A stretch of 64,000 nucleotides of DNA, from contig JAXLNO010000030.1 in the NCBI GenBank assembly GCA_038087875.1, forward strand, positions 1-64,000, in the 5' to 3' direction. The notes below the pieces were generated by a model. The model was not told the origin of the DNA. It did no database searches and saw only the letters and a list, made by a program, of their open reading frames with translations. Numbering within the stretch: position 1 is the stretch's first letter; each line of letters opens with the position of its first letter. This document shows positions 48,701 to 62,758 of the stretch, one piece after another. The stretch is from Malacoraja senta. Lineage: Eukaryota. Position numbers and translations under genes: made by a program.

Positions 48701-49885
48701 CAATATGTAGCTCAGTCTAGCTAGCTATCTAGTTATCCTGTATGTTGCTCAGCCTTGATAGCTATCATGTATGTAGCCATCTAGCTAACTACCTAGCTAT
48801 CCAGTAAGTAGATCAATCAAGCTACCTACCTAGCTATCAGTTGGTAGCTGTCTAGCTAGCCATCTAGCTATCCAGTATTAAGGTCAGTCAAGCTAGCTAT
48901 CTAGCTGTCCAGCATGTACCCATTTGGCTAGCTTCCTAGCTATCCAGTATGTCACCGTCTAGCTAGCTACCTAGCTATCCAGGTATGTAGCTCAGTCCAG
49001 CTAGCTATCTAGCTATCTAGTATATAGCCACCTAGCTAGCTACCGAGCTATGTATGTATCTCAGTCTAGCAATCCAGTTTATAGCCGGCCAACTAGCTAG
49101 TTTTCTATCCAGTATGTAGCTCAGTCTAGCTACCTATCTAGCCATCTAATATGTAGCTCAGTCCAGTCAGCTATCTAGTTATCCAATATGTAGCCATCCA
49201 GCTATCTATCTCGCCATCTATGTAGCAATCTAGCTAGCTGTCTAGCTCTCCAGTATAGCTCAGTCTATCTAGCTATCCACCTATCCAGTACATTGCCATC
49301 TATTAGCTATCTAGCTATCCAGTATCCAGTATATACCCATCTAGCTAGCTAACTAGCTATCCAGTATGTAGCTCAGTCTAGTTAGCTATCTAGCCATTCA
49401 ATATGTAGCTCAGACCAGATAGCTACCTAGCTATCAAGTATGTAGCCATCTATCTAGCTATCCAGTATGCAGCTCAGTCTAGCTAACTACATAGCTATCC
49501 AGGTACAGTATGCAGCTCAGTCTAGATAGCTATCCACCTATCCAGTATATAGCCATCTAGCTATCCAGCATGTAGCTTAGTCTAGCTAGCTGTCTAGCTG
49601 TCCAGTATATAGATATCTAGCTGGCTACCTAGCTATCCAGTATATAGCACAGTCCAGCTATCTATCTAGCTATCCAGTATGTAGGTCAGTCAAGTTAGCT
49701 ACCTGGCTATCCAGTATGTCGTCATCCAGCCAGTATATAGCCATCCAGCTAGCTACTTTGCTATCCAGTATGTAGCTCAGTCTCGCTACCTGTCTAGTTA
49801 TCCAGGTACAGTATGCAGCTCAATCTAGCAATCTAGCAATCCAGTATGTAGTTCAGTCTAGCCAGCTACCCAGCTATCCAGTATG
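45721..49885. repeat. AGCT/CTAG-rich degenerate satellite (pieces 43135-43230, 45721-46022, 48664-49885)
   Basis: Recurrent unit like tatccagtatgtagctcagtctagctagctacctagc. Confidence 0.88.
46025..48664 (+). mobile_element. CR1 LINE (second family), EN through 3' tail, with an internal RT deletion
   Basis: FNARSI..ISETWL, YYRPP, VGDFN, GSSDH, KSPGPD, a QHGFVPGRSC|GVPQGS fusion, and an (ATATGGTT) tail. Confidence 0.93.
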
Positions 49886-50304
49886 TAATGTGTAACAATG
49901 TGCACCAATGTGCAACATTGAGTAACAATGTGTGACAATGTGCAATAATGTGCGACAATGAGCAACAATGTGTTACAATGTGCAACAATGTGTTACAATG
50001 TGCAACAATGTGCAACAATATGTAACGATGTGTAACAATTAGTGACAATGTGCAACAATGTACAACAATGTGCAACAATATGTAATAATGTGCTACAATG
50101 TGGTACAATATGCACGAATGTGCAACAATGTACCACAATGTGTAACAATGTGTAACAATGTGCACCAATGTGTAATAATGTGTAACAATGTGTGACAAAG
50201 TATAACAAAGTGCGACAATGTGTTGCAAGTGCACAGCAATGTGCAACAATGTGCAACAATGTGCTACAATATGCAACAATGCACGACAATTTGTAACATA
50301 GAAA

Positions 50305-50477
50305 TTGTTAAGAGTTAGATGTGGCCCTTGTGGCTAAGGGGATCAGGGGGTATGGAGAGAAGGCAGGTACGGGATATTGAGTTGGATGATCAGCCATGAT
50401 CATATTGAATGGCGGTGCAGGCTCGAAGGGCCGAATGGCCTACTCCTGCACCTATTTTCTATGTATCTATGTATCTA
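50305..50477 (+). mobile_element. CR1 3' end inserted tail-to-tail into another CR1 tail
   Basis: gagttagatgtggccc..tcctgcacctattttctatgtatctatgtatct, with atagaaa on both sides. Confidence 0.85.
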
Positions 50478-51533
50478 TAGAAACATAGAAAATAGGCGCA
50501 GGAGGCGGCCATTCGGCCCTTCGGCCATTCATTGTGATCATGGCTGATCATCCCCTATCAATAACCCGTGCCTGCCTTCTCCCCATATCTCTTGACTCCA
50601 CTAGCCCCTAGAGCTCTATCTAACTCTCTCTTAAATCCATCCAGTGATTTGGCCTCCACTGCCCTCTGTGGCAGGGAATTCCATAAATTCACAACTCTCT
50701 GGGAGAAAAAGTTTTTTCTCACCTCAGTCTCAAATGACTTCCCCTTTATTCTAAGACTGTGGCCCCTGGTTCTGAACTCGCCCAACATTGGGAACATTTT
50801 CCCTGCATCTAGCTTGTCCAGTCCTTTTATCATTTTATATGGTTCTATAAGATGCCCCCTCATCCTTCTAAACTCCAGTGAATACAAGCCCAGTCTTTTC
50901 AATCTTTCCTCATATGACAGTCCCGCCATCCCAGGGATCAATCTCGTGAATCTACGCTGCACTGCCTCAAACACAAGGATGTCCTTCCTTAAATTAGGAG
51001 ACCAAAACTGCACACAGTTCTCCAGATGAGGTCTCACCAGAGTCCTATACAACTGCAGAAGAACCTCTTTACTCCTATACTGAAATCCTCTTGTTATGAA
51101 GGCCAACATTCCATTAGCTTTCTTCACTGCCTGCTGTACCTGCACGCCAACTTACAGTGACCGGTGTACAAGGACACCCAGGTCTCGCTGTACCTCCCCT
51201 TACCTAACCTAACCCCATTGAGATAATAATCTGCCCCCTTGTTTTTGCCGCCAAAGTGGATAACCTCACATTTAACTATATTATACTGCATATGTCACGC
51301 ATCTGCCCACTCACTCAACCTATCCAGGTCACCCTGCAACCTCCTAACATCCTCTTCACAGTTCACACTGCCACCCAGCTTTGTCATCCGCAAACTTGCT
51401 AGTGTTGCTCCTAATTCCCTCTTCCAAATCATTAATATATATGGTAAACAGTTGCGGCCCCAACACCGAGCCTTGCGGCACACCACTCACCACTGCCTGC
51501 CATTCTGAAAAGGACCTGTTCACTCCTACTCTT
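50478..51533 (-). mobile_element. 5'-truncated CR1 LINE
   Basis: [22 protein letters not shown], a 195-aa C-terminal ORF, and a (TTTCTATG) tail. Confidence 0.93.
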
Positions 51534-54500
51534 TGCAACAATATGTAACAAAGTGTAATATTATGCAACAATGTGTGACAATGTAAAATAACGCACAACA
51601 ATGTGTAACAATGTGGTAGAATGCGTAATAATTTGCTACAATGTGCAACAATGCACAAGAATTTGGAACAATGTGTAACAATGTGCAACAATGTGTAACA
51701 ATGTGCAACAATGTGCAACAATGTGTAACAATGTGCAACAACATGTAACAATGTGCAACAATGTGTAACAATGTGCAACAACATGTAACAATGTGGAACA
51801 ACGTGTAACAATGTGCAACAATGTGTAACAATGTGCAACAATGTGCAACAACGTGTAACAATGTGGAACAACGTGTAACAATGTGCAACAATGTGCAATA
51901 ATGTGCAACATTGAGCGACAATGTGCGACAATGTGCTACAATGTGCAACAATGTGCAAGAATGTACAACAATGTGTAACGATGTGTAATAGTGTGTAACA
52001 ATGAGTGACAATGTGTTACAATATGTAACAATGTGCAACAATGTGCAATGATGTGTAGTAACGTGCAACAATGCGTAACAATGTACAACATTGTGCAGCA
52101 ATGTGCAACAATATGTAACAATTAGTGACAATGTGTGACAATGTGCAACAAAGTGCAACAATGTGCAATAATGTGCTACAATATGTAATAATGTGCTACA
52201 ATGTGGGACAATGTGGACGAATGTGCACCTATGTGCAACAGTGTACCACAATGTGTAAAATGTGCACCAATGTGTAATAATGTGTCATAAAGTGTAACAA
52301 TGTGCAACAATATGTTACAATGTGTAACAATATGTAGCAATGTGCACCAATGTGCAACAATGTGTAACAATTTGTAGCGGTGATCAGGAATGTACAGCAA
52401 TGTGTAACAATGTGTTACAACGTGTTACAATATGCAACAATGTACAACTATGTGTAACAATGTGTGACAAAGTGTAAACGTGCAAAAATGTGCAACAATG
52501 TGCTACACTGTGCAACAATTTGTAACAATATGTAACAAAGTGTAACAATATGTAACAATGTGTGACAATGTAAAAGAACATTCAACAATGTCCAACAATT
52601 TGTAAAAATTTGCCAATGAGTAACAATGTGTAATAATGTGTAAAAATGTGTAACAATGTGTAACAATGTGGTACAATGTGTAATAATTTGCTACATTGTG
52701 TAACTATGTGCAATAATGTGTAACAATGTGCACAAATATGTAGCAATGAGCAGCAAAGTGCAACAGTGCGACAATGTGTTACAATGTGCAACAATGTGTA
52801 ACAATGTGTAACAATGTGCAACAAAGTGTAACAATGTGCAACAAAGTATAACAATGTGCAACAAAGTGTAACAATGTGCAACAATGCGTAACAATGTGCA
52901 ATAATGTGCAACAATGTACGACAATGGGCAACAATGTGCACCAAAGTGCAACAATGTGCAGCAATGTACTGCAATGTGTAACAATGTGCAACAATGTGGA
53001 ACAATGTGCTACAATATGTAACAATGTGTAACAATGTGCAACAAAGTGTAACAATGTGCAACAATGTGTTACAATGTGCAACAATGTGTAACAATGTGCT
53101 ACAATGTGCAACAATGTACAACAATGTACAACAATGTGCAAGAATGTACAACCATGTGCAAGAATGTACAACAATGTGTAACAATGTGTAATAGTGTGTA
53201 ACAATGAGTGACAATGTGTTACAATATGTAACAATGTGCAACAATGTGCAACGATGTGTAGTAACGTGCAACAATGCGTAACAATGTACAACATTGTGCA
53301 GCAATGTGCAACAATATGTAACAATTAGTGACAATGTGTGACAATGTGCAACAAAGTGCAACAATGTGCAATAATGTGCTACAATATGTAATAATGTGCT
53401 ACAATGTGGGACAATGTGGACGAATGTGCACCTATGTGCAACAGTGTACCACAATGTGTAAAATGTGCACCAATGTGTAATAATGTGTCATAAAGTGTAA
53501 CAATGTGCAACAATATGTTACAATGTGTAACAATATGTGGCAATGTGCACCAATGTGCAACAATGTGTAACAATTTGTAGCGGTGATCAGGAATGTACAG
53601 CAATGTGTAACAATGTGTTACAATGTGTTACAATGTGCAACAATGTACAACTATGTGTAACAATGTGTGACAAAGTGTAACAAAGTGCAAAAATGTACAA
53701 CAATGTGCTACACTGTGCAACAATTTGTAACAATATGTAACAAAGTGTAACAATATGTAACAATGTGTGACAATGTAAAAGAACGTTCAACAATGTCCAA
53801 CAATTTGTAAAAATTTGCCACAATGAGTAACAATGTGTAATAATGTGTAAAAATGTGTAACAATGTGTAACAATGTGGTACAATGTGTAATAATTTGCTA
53901 CATTGTGTAACTATGTGCAATAATGTGTAACAATGTGCACAAATATGTAGCAATGAGCGGCAAAGTGCAACAGTGCGACAATGTGTTACAATGTGCAACA
54001 ATGTGTAACAATGTGTAACAATGTGCAACAAAGTGTAACAATGTGCAACAAAGTATAACAATGTGCAACAAAGTGTAACAATGTGCAACAATGCGTAACA
54101 ATGTGCAATAATGTGCAACAATGTACGACAATGGGCAACAATGTGCACCAAAGTGCAACAATGTGCAGCAATGTACTGCAATGTGTAACAATGTGCAGCA
54201 ATGTGGAACAATGTGCAACAATGTGCTACAATATGTAACAATGTGTAACAATGTGCAACAAAGTGTAACAATGTGCAACAATGTGTTACAATGTGCAACA
54301 ATGTGCAACAATGTGTAACAATGTGCAACAATGTGCAACAATGTGCGACAATGCGCAACAATGTGCAACAATGAACAAAAATGTGCAATGTTCTACAATG
54401 TGGAACAATGTACAACAACGTGCAAGAATGTACAACAATGTGTAACAATGTGTAGCAATGAGTGACAATGTGTTACAATGAGTAACAATGAGTAACAATG

Positions 54501-54817
54501 TGCAACAATGTGCAACGATGTGTAGTAAAGTGCAACAATGTGTAACAATGTACAACATTGTGCTACAATATGCAGCAATGTGCAACAATGTACAACAATG
54601 TATAACATTATGTAACAATTTGTAACAATGTGTGACAATGTGCAACAATGTGCAATAATGTGCAATAATATGTAATAATGTTCTACAATGTGGGACAATG
54701 TGGACGAATGTGCACCAATGTGCAACAATGTATCACAATGTGTATTAATGTGCACCAATGTGTAATAATGTGTAACAATGTGTAACAATGTGCAACAATA
54801 TGTAACAATGTGTAACA

Positions 54818-56415
54818 GTTACGAGCTCAATGCATTTTATGCACGCTTTGATAGGGAGAACACTGATGTGCCTTCCCGAGCCTCCATTCGCTGTGATGGT
54901 ATTTCAGTCTCAGTCACAGAGGACGACGTCAGAAGATCCTTCAGAGGGGTGAGCCCTTGAAAAGCGCCTGGACCTGATGGTATACCCGGTCGTGTTCTAA
55001 AAACCTGTGCGGACCAACTGGCTGGAGTCTTTACGGACATTTTCCACCTCTCACTTCTGAGGTCTGAGGTCCCCACCTGCTTTAAAAGGGCATCAATTAT
55101 ACCAGTGCCCAAGAAGAGTAAGGTGACGTGCCTCAATGACTATCGACCTGTGGCACTGAAGTGCTTTGAGAGGTTGATCATGGAGCAAATTAACTCCTAC
55201 CTCGACAAAAACCTGGACCCACTGCAGTTCGCTTACCGCCACAACAGATGAACGGTGGATGCAATCTCGCTGGCCCTCCACTCTGCTCTGGACCACTTGG
55301 ACAACAAAATCTCATGTCAGGCTGTTTTTCATCGATTACAGCTCGGCATTTAACACAACCATCCCCTCCAAGCTGGTTACCAAACTCGCAGAACTGGGTC
55401 TCTTCGCATCCCTCTGCAATTGGATCCTCGACTTCCTCACTCTCAGACCACAGTCTGTTCGTATTGGTGGAAATGTGTCAGCCTCGATAACAATCAGCAC
55501 GGGAGCACCTCAAGGCTGTGTGCCTAGCCCCCTGCTGTACTCACTCTATACTCATGACTGCGTAGCCGGTCACAGTGCGAACTCCATCATCAAGTTCGCT
55601 GACGACACCACTGTGGTGGGACGTATCACTGATGGGGATGAGTCAGAGTATGGAAGAGAGATCGAGCAACTGTCCATATGGTGCCAGCACAATAACCTGG
55701 CCCTCAACACCAGCCAACCAAGGAACTGATTGTGGACTTTGGAAGGAGTAGGATGGGGACAGTCCCGTTTATATCAACGGGTCGATGGTTGAAAGGGTCA
55801 AGAGCTTCAAATTCCTGAAGATCTTTCCTGGTCCGAGAACACTAATGCAATTATCAAGAAAGCTCATCTACTTCCTGAGATTACGGAGAGTCGATTTGTC
55901 AAGGAGGACTCTCTCTAACTTCTACAGGTGCACAGTAGAGAGCATGCTGACCGGTTGCATCGTGGCTTGGTTCGGCAACTTGAGTGCCCTGGAGAGGAAA
56001 AGACTACAAAAAGTAGTAAACACTGCCCAGTCCATCATCAGCTCTGACCTTCCCTCCATCGAGGGGATTTATCACAGTCGCTGCCTCAAAAAGGCTGGCA
56101 GCATCATCAAAGACCCACACCATCCTGGCCACACACTCATCTCCCTGCTACCTTCAGGTAGAAGGTACAGGAGCCTGAAGACTGCAACAACCAGGTTCAG
56201 GAATAGCTACTTCCCCACAGCCTTCAGGCTATTAAACCTGGCTCGGACAAAACTCTGATTATTAATAACCCATTATCTGTTATCTGCACTTCATCAGTTT
56301 ATTTATTCATGTGTGTATATATTTATATTATGGTATATGGACACACTGATCTGTTTTGTAGTAAATGCCTACAAATGCCTCCTGTGTGCTGAAGCAAAGC
56401 AAGAATTTCATTGTT
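54818..56415 (+). mobile_element. Rex1/Babar-clade LINE, 5'-truncated RT region
   Basis: [72 protein letters not shown]. Confidence 0.88.
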
Positions 56416-56419
56416 CAAT

Positions 56420-58083
56420 GATGAACAAGTCTAGTTTGTATCACCTTCATTTTCTTAGACATAGTTTGAGGCTGAAACAGTGGATTTTAACAACATACAG
56501 CATTAGAATATCCTCCAGCCAAGACATAACAAATGTTTTTGAGCTCTGAGCAGTCCAAGCATCGGTTTTAGTAATCTGGTAAATAACCTGGGAACTGAAG
56601 TTAACCCATTTTGCAATGTTTTTTATCATTGCCTTATCCAGATAAATTTAAAAATGTCTCCGGTGATCTCTGTAAATGGGAGCATCCTAAGGAAATCAGA
56701 TGCGAAGTTTCCTATTCGGAAAAATTTATACTGCACATGCGAGTTAATCGACATTCTGCATCTTTTTTCACAGTGAACAGGCCACACCTGCGAATTCCGT
56801 ACCTGCTCGAGCAACAACTCTGGCCCGATTTCTGAGCCTGTCCTGAAGCCAATCCTGGCCATAATACTGAGCCTGCCTCAAAAGACAACTCTGGACATAA
56901 TTCTGAGCTTGCCTGTAAAGACAAATCTGGCCCAATTCTGTGCTTGGAACCCTAGTATTGTGCAGTTTTTCAGGGTTAGATGCCAACCATTTGTGTGTTG
57001 TAAGGCCACTAGGGCCCCTTCCATCCTTATCAAGGGGAATGCTACTTTCATACAACACATAAACAAAACACATGTTATCATTATCATTTGTACAAAAACA
57101 AGTGTAAATATTACCAACTTGTAGATGGTCCCATATTTTCCCTGAGCCCGACTTGGGTCTCGGATTTGAAGACCTCTGTCCAGCTTTCATGCTGCCACCA
57201 ACTTCAGTGAATTACTTACTGCCAACGGAGGCATGGGGTGCTGTTGTTGCCGCAACAATGAAGCTTTGCTCGTTGTTGGTACCTCGATTGGTCCGACAGC
57301 TTTCGCTTCCTTATCCAGGTTTTACCTGTTGAATAGTTCTTACCTGAAGAGAAGATTCGGCGGCTTGTCTTTAATGTCACCCCTGATAGCGTTGTTCATT
57401 CCCGGAACTTATAGCATGAGGGGAAGTCTGGCCCCTTCCGGGTATCCTACCACCTTCATTTGCGAGGACTCCCTTGAATCCATACGCATGTGTTCCAGTA
57501 CGTTCCACAGACATACTTTAGAATTTGAAGTCAGTTACACTGACCACTCGCACTCCCCTCCACAGAGAGGGAGATTTATAGACAGCCCTGAACAGGTGCT
57601 GCCGCAGGCCCCTGCCTCGTAGTATGCTCATCAGCTGTACCTCCGATCTCGGAGTCAGAACAAAACTGACTCCGTGTGCTCACTTCCTCCAAGAGGGAGA
57701 CATCATGCAGCCCTTCTACAGGTGCTGCTGCCAGAGGCTCCCGAGGAGACCCCCGGATATAAAGCTCCTCTTGCTGGAGCATATCGTGCTGGAGCATCCT
57801 CTCCATCAGGAGCTCTTTCCAGACAGCCCTGATATTCTTTTTAATGGCTCATCAGTCCCAGTTGGTATGGCGCATTTCGATGCCATGCCTGGCACCCCTG
57901 GTTCTTGGCTTTCATGCCTTGGGGTATGCTCTGCAATACCTCCAACCTCAGGGTCAGAACAAAACTGCCCTGGTAAGCTCATCTCCTCCATGAGGGAGAC
58001 ATTATGCAGCCCTTCTACAGGTGCTGCTGCCATGGGCCCCATGCAGCACTCTTCATGGCTGCATATAAGGCTCCTCTTCATGG
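56420..58083 (-). mobile_element. Degenerate DIRS-like element (gag with internal duplication plus RT remnant), running into the gap
   Basis: MERMLQHDML..AAPVEGLH..QFCSD matches outer DIRS ORF1 (MEQMLQRDRL..AAPLVGLH..QFWAD). RT remnant NGLTSVPRLFTRLLKP..VMSWLEDIL. Confidence 0.75.
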
Positions 58084-58283
58084 NNNNNNNNNNNNNNNNN
58101 NNNNNNNNNNNNNNNNNNNNNNNNNNNNNNNNNNNNNNNNNNNNNNNNNNNNNNNNNNNNNNNNNNNNNNNNNNNNNNNNNNNNNNNNNNNNNNNNNNNN
58201 NNNNNNNNNNNNNNNNNNNNNNNNNNNNNNNNNNNNNNNNNNNNNNNNNNNNNNNNNNNNNNNNNNNNNNNNNNNNNNNNNNN
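58084..58283. other. Assembly gap (200 N)
   Basis: Run of N. Confidence 1.
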
Positions 58284-58639
58284 TTGTCATTCAATTAGAT
58301 GACAACTGATTCAACTTTTCTCTGTGCTCCCGTTTTTCCCACCATCTCTCCACCTGCCATCACCCTTCACCCCCCCCCCCCCCCCCCCCCCCCCCGCCCA
58401 TTCAGTAATTCAGAATGAAGGAGACTAGGAAGCCTTGGGCAAATTGAATTGTTACTGTTTTTTATTTTTTATTTTTACGGAGAGAACAATCTGCGCATGC
58501 GTGGTATAATTTTTTTTTTAAGCGAGTGACTGCCTACCCTGAGTCATTACTCACGAGACGTGTCTGGTAGTGGGATATATCTCCGCTTTTTTTTTCACTT
58601 CTTTGTTAGTTCAGCGGTTTTACTTTTTCTTTTTCGTAT

Positions 58640-61515
58640 CTTATTCGAAATTCTTTCTACTGATCACTGAAACCTGGCTTAATCCTGGTGAGCTTGCTCC
58701 ACTCGTGGAACTCTGCCCTGATACCTGTAACTTTTTCAGCTCGCCCAGGCTCTCAGGTCGCGGTGGGGGCCTAGCCACTGTGTTTAAGAAGAATTTCAAC
58801 TGCCGCGTTCTGAACACTGATCACTTTTCCAGTTTTGAACATCTACTAATCATAGTTGGTTTAATCTGTCCGCTTTTAATTGTTCTTGTGTATCGCCCAC
58901 CAAAGATGCATAAGGACTTCATCTCACAATTTGGTGATCTTATTGCTAACTTGTTGCCCAAATTTGACCAGGTCCTGATTCTTGATGACTTTAACATTCA
59001 CGTTTGCTGTCTCACGAAGCCTCTTGTGAGTGAATTTATGAACCTGGTTGAGTCCTTCAATCTGTCTCTACTCACCACTGGACCCACGCACAAGCTTGGC
59101 CATACACTAGACCTAGTGCTTTCGTCTGGTCTCCCAACTCATAACACAGATATTATTGATGCCTGCCTGTCTGACCATAGTGCTATTATATTTGATATAT
59201 CTCTGCCTTTCTCTCCTCAAAATCTCATCTCCCTGCTCGGTACTCCTGCTACGTAAACTCCACGATGGCCAGTAAGTTCTCTGAGGCTCTCATAGCCGCC
59301 CCCGACATCTGCACTATTGAGGCGTCCACCCCTCATCTCAGTACCGACGATCTAATTTCTTTATTCAATAATACCTGCTCCTCCGTCCTGGATTCTGTTG
59401 CTCCTCTTAAAATGAAAAAGCCCAAGCCTAAAGGCAAGCCGTGGCTCAATGATACCACCAGAGCCCTAAGAAGAGAATGCAGAAAATCAGAACGGAAGTA
59501 CAAATCTGATAAGCTTCAAATTTCCTTTGAACTCCTGAAAAATAATCTTGTCAAATACCAGGAAGCAGTAAAATCTACAAGAACTAAATATTTTTCCAAC
59601 CTTATCTCCAAAAACGCGCAAAATTCCAAGGTCCTCTTTAGCACCATCACCTCCATCATCTGTTCTGCCACCAGCACCAGCCTAACTGGGTCCCCTGCTA
59701 AGTGCAAGGAATTTACCACATTTTTCACCAGCAAGGTAAAGAATATAAGAACGAATATTTCCCCTCCCACCCGTGACCTGGCTGTCTCATTGGTCTATTC
59801 TTCAAAATTAGACAGTTTCCAACCCGTTACTTTACCCTCCCTTGTAAAACTGATCACCACCATGAAACCTACTACCTGCCCCCTCGACACTGTCCCCTCT
59901 GCCCTCATAAAGGACGTCATTACAACAGCTGGTCCCAGCATCCTCGCCATCTTCAACAGCTCTCTGGCCACTGGCACTGTACCGACCTGCTTCAAGCATT
60001 CGGTGGTCCAACGACTCCTGAAAAAACCTAACCTCGACCCACCTTGCCAAGAAACTACAGACCCATTTCTAAACTATCTTTCCTCTCAAAAGCCCTTGAA
60101 AAGGTAATTTTAAGTCAACTTATACCTTACCTTCACCAAAACACTATCTTGGAAACATTCCAATCAGGTTTCAGGGCTCACCATAGCACAGAGTCTGCCT
60201 TGTTGAAGGTACACAATGACCTACTGCTCACCGCTGACTCCAGCGACTGTGCAATTCTGCTCCTTCTTGACTTCAGCGCAGCATTTGATACTGTCGACCA
60301 CACCATCCTAATTGACCGTCTCCAGTATGGGGTTGGTATTGATGGCACTGCCCTGAGCTGGTTCATCTCCTACCTCAAAGGTAGGAGTTTCTCGACTAAC
60401 ATAGGCAACTCATTCTCCTCCCCAGATAATCTCTGCTGTGGGGTTCCACAAGGTTCCATCCTTGGCCCCATTCTCTTCTCCCTGTATATGCTCCCCTTAG
60501 GCCAAGTCATTGAAAGGCACAGCATTTCCTTCCATTGCTACGCAGACGATACACAACTCTATCTCTCCCTGAAGCCCCAAAACCAATCAAATCTGTTTAA
60601 CCTTACCACTGCCTCAAGGATATAAAGTGTTGGATGGCCCAGAATTTCCTCCAACTGAACGAGAGTAAGTCTGAGGTCATCCTTCTTGGCCCCTCGGACT
60701 CAATCAAATGATAGCAGGCAGCCTTGGAAGCCTTACCCCACTACTCAAACCTCACATCAAAACCTTGCCGTGATATTTGACTCAGCACTGAAATTGACAA
60801 ACATGTCAATGCCATGGTAAAAGCTAGCTTCTTTCAGCTTCGGACGATAGCTAAAGTAAAACAATTCCTCCAGTTTGATGACCTGGAAAAGATCATCCAC
60901 ACATTCATCTCCTCCCGCCTAGATTATTGCAACTCCCTTTACACTGGCATCAGCCAATCTTCCCTGTCCCGCCTGCAACTGGTCCAAAACGCCGCAGCGA
61001 GACTCCTGATGGGCACCCGAAAAAGGGACCACATCACCCCGATCCTGGCCTCTCTCCACTGGCTCCCTGTGCAGTTCCGTATACATTTCAAGATCCTCCT
61101 CTAAGTCTACAAAGCCCTCAATGGGCTTGCCCCCACCTACATTAAAAGTCTTCTCACCCACCACTCCACCTCCAGGCCCCTCAGATCGGCCGACTTGGGG
61201 TTGCTAAATATCCCACGGTCTAGGCGTAAGCTCAGGGGCCACCGCGCCTTTGCGGTTGCAGCTCCTAGACTGTGGAACAGCATCCATCCCTTCCCATCAG
61301 AACTTCCCCCTCCATCGATTCCTTTAAGTCAAGACTAAAAACTTATCTTTACTCCCAAGCGTTTCTTGACGTCCTCTGAGCGAGGGCTACATGTATATAT
61401 GTATGTAGTTTGTTTTGTTGTGCTATTGTTATAACAAATGTAAAGCACATTGGCCAACGAGAGTTGTTTTTTAAATGTGCTATATAAATAAATGTGACTT
61501 GACTTGACTTGACTT
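58640..61515 (+). mobile_element. L2-clade LINE ORF2 (EN plus RT, frameshifted) with (GACTT)n tail
   Basis: ITETWL, GRGGGLA, VYRPP, DFNIH, GHTLDL, SDH, NYRPIS.L, FQSGFRAHHSTESAL, LDFSAAFDTVDH, YADDTQLY, SRLDYCNS, LHWLP. Confidence 0.92.
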
Positions 61516-61675
61516 TTCTTTATCCTTTCTTCTTCCTTTCCCTTCTTTCCTTTTTTCTTTTTTCCGATCTTCAATTTATAAAATGTTAAAACTGAAGCTT
61601 ACGAAAATTGTATAACTGTTATGTCGGTTACTTTCTCCTTGTACAATTGCTTCTAATAAAATAATATTTAAACAA
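61516..61675 (+). mobile_element. L1-clade 3' UTR fragment
   Basis: Pyrimidine tract then tacaattg..cttctaataaaataatattt, as at 13050-13090. Confidence 0.6.
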
Positions 61676-62758
61676 AACAATGTGCTACAATGTGCAACAA
61701 TGTGTAACAATGTGTTACAATGTGCAACAGTGTGCAATAATGTGCAACAATGTGCAACAATGTACATCAATGTGTAAAATTGTGCAACAATGTTTAGCCA
61801 TGTGTAACAATGAGTAACAATGTGTAACCATGCACTGTCATGTGTAACAATGTGCAGCAATGTCCAACAACGTGTAACAATGTGCTACAATGTGTAACTA
61901 TTTGGCACAATGAGTAACAATGTGCAACAATGTGTAACGATGTGCAACAATGTGCAACAGTGTGCAATAATGTGCAACAATGTGCAACAATGTGCCTCAA
62001 TGTGTAGCCATGTGTAACAATGTGTAACAATGTGCAACAATGTGCAACAATGTACATCAATGTGTAAATGTGCAACAATGTGTAGCCATGTGTAACAACG
62101 TGTAACAATGTGCAACAATGTGCATCGATGTGTAAAAATATGCATCAATGTGTAGCAAAGTGTAACAATATGTAACAATGTGCAACAACGTGTAACAATG
62201 TGCTACAATGTGTAACTATTTGGCACAATGTGTAACAATGTGCAACAATGTGCAACAATGTGCAACAGTGTGCAATAATGTGCAACAATGTGCAACAATG
62301 TGCCTCAATGTGTAGCCGTGTGTAACAATGTGTAACAATGTGCAACAATGTGCAACAATGTACATCAATGTGTAAATGTGCAACAATGTGTAGCCATGTG
62401 TAACAACGTGTAACAATGTGCAACAATGTACATCGATGTGTACAAATATGCATCAATGTGTAGCAATGTGTAACAATGTGTAACAATGTGCAAGAACGTG
62501 TAACAATGTGCTACAATGTGTAACTATTTGGCACAATGTGTAACAATGTGCAACAATGTGCAACAATGTGCAACAGTATGCAACCATGTGCTACAACGTG
62601 CAACAATATGTAACAATGTGTAGAAATGTGCAACAATGTGTAGCAATGTGCAACAATGTGCAACAATGTGCAACAATAAGCAACCATGTGCTACAATATG
62701 CAACAATGTGCAACAATGTGTACTAATGTGCGACAATGTGTAACTATGTGTATCAATG
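61676..62758. repeat. 10-bp satellite, second block
   Basis: Same ACAATGTG(C/T)A unit and orientation as 49886-54817. Confidence 0.97.

Larger units (their letters stand above)
49886..54817. repeat. 10-bp satellite (ACAATGTGCA/ACAATGTGTA), interrupted by CR1 at ~50295-51533
   Basis: Hundreds of 10-mers. The LLHIVAHCCT ORFs are translation artefacts. Confidence 0.97.

Noticed and set aside
49866..54788. Many His/Cys-rich ORFs (LLHIVAHCCT...) resembling metal-binding proteins
   Set aside because: They are translations of a 10-bp satellite, appear in all frames, and have no gene structure.
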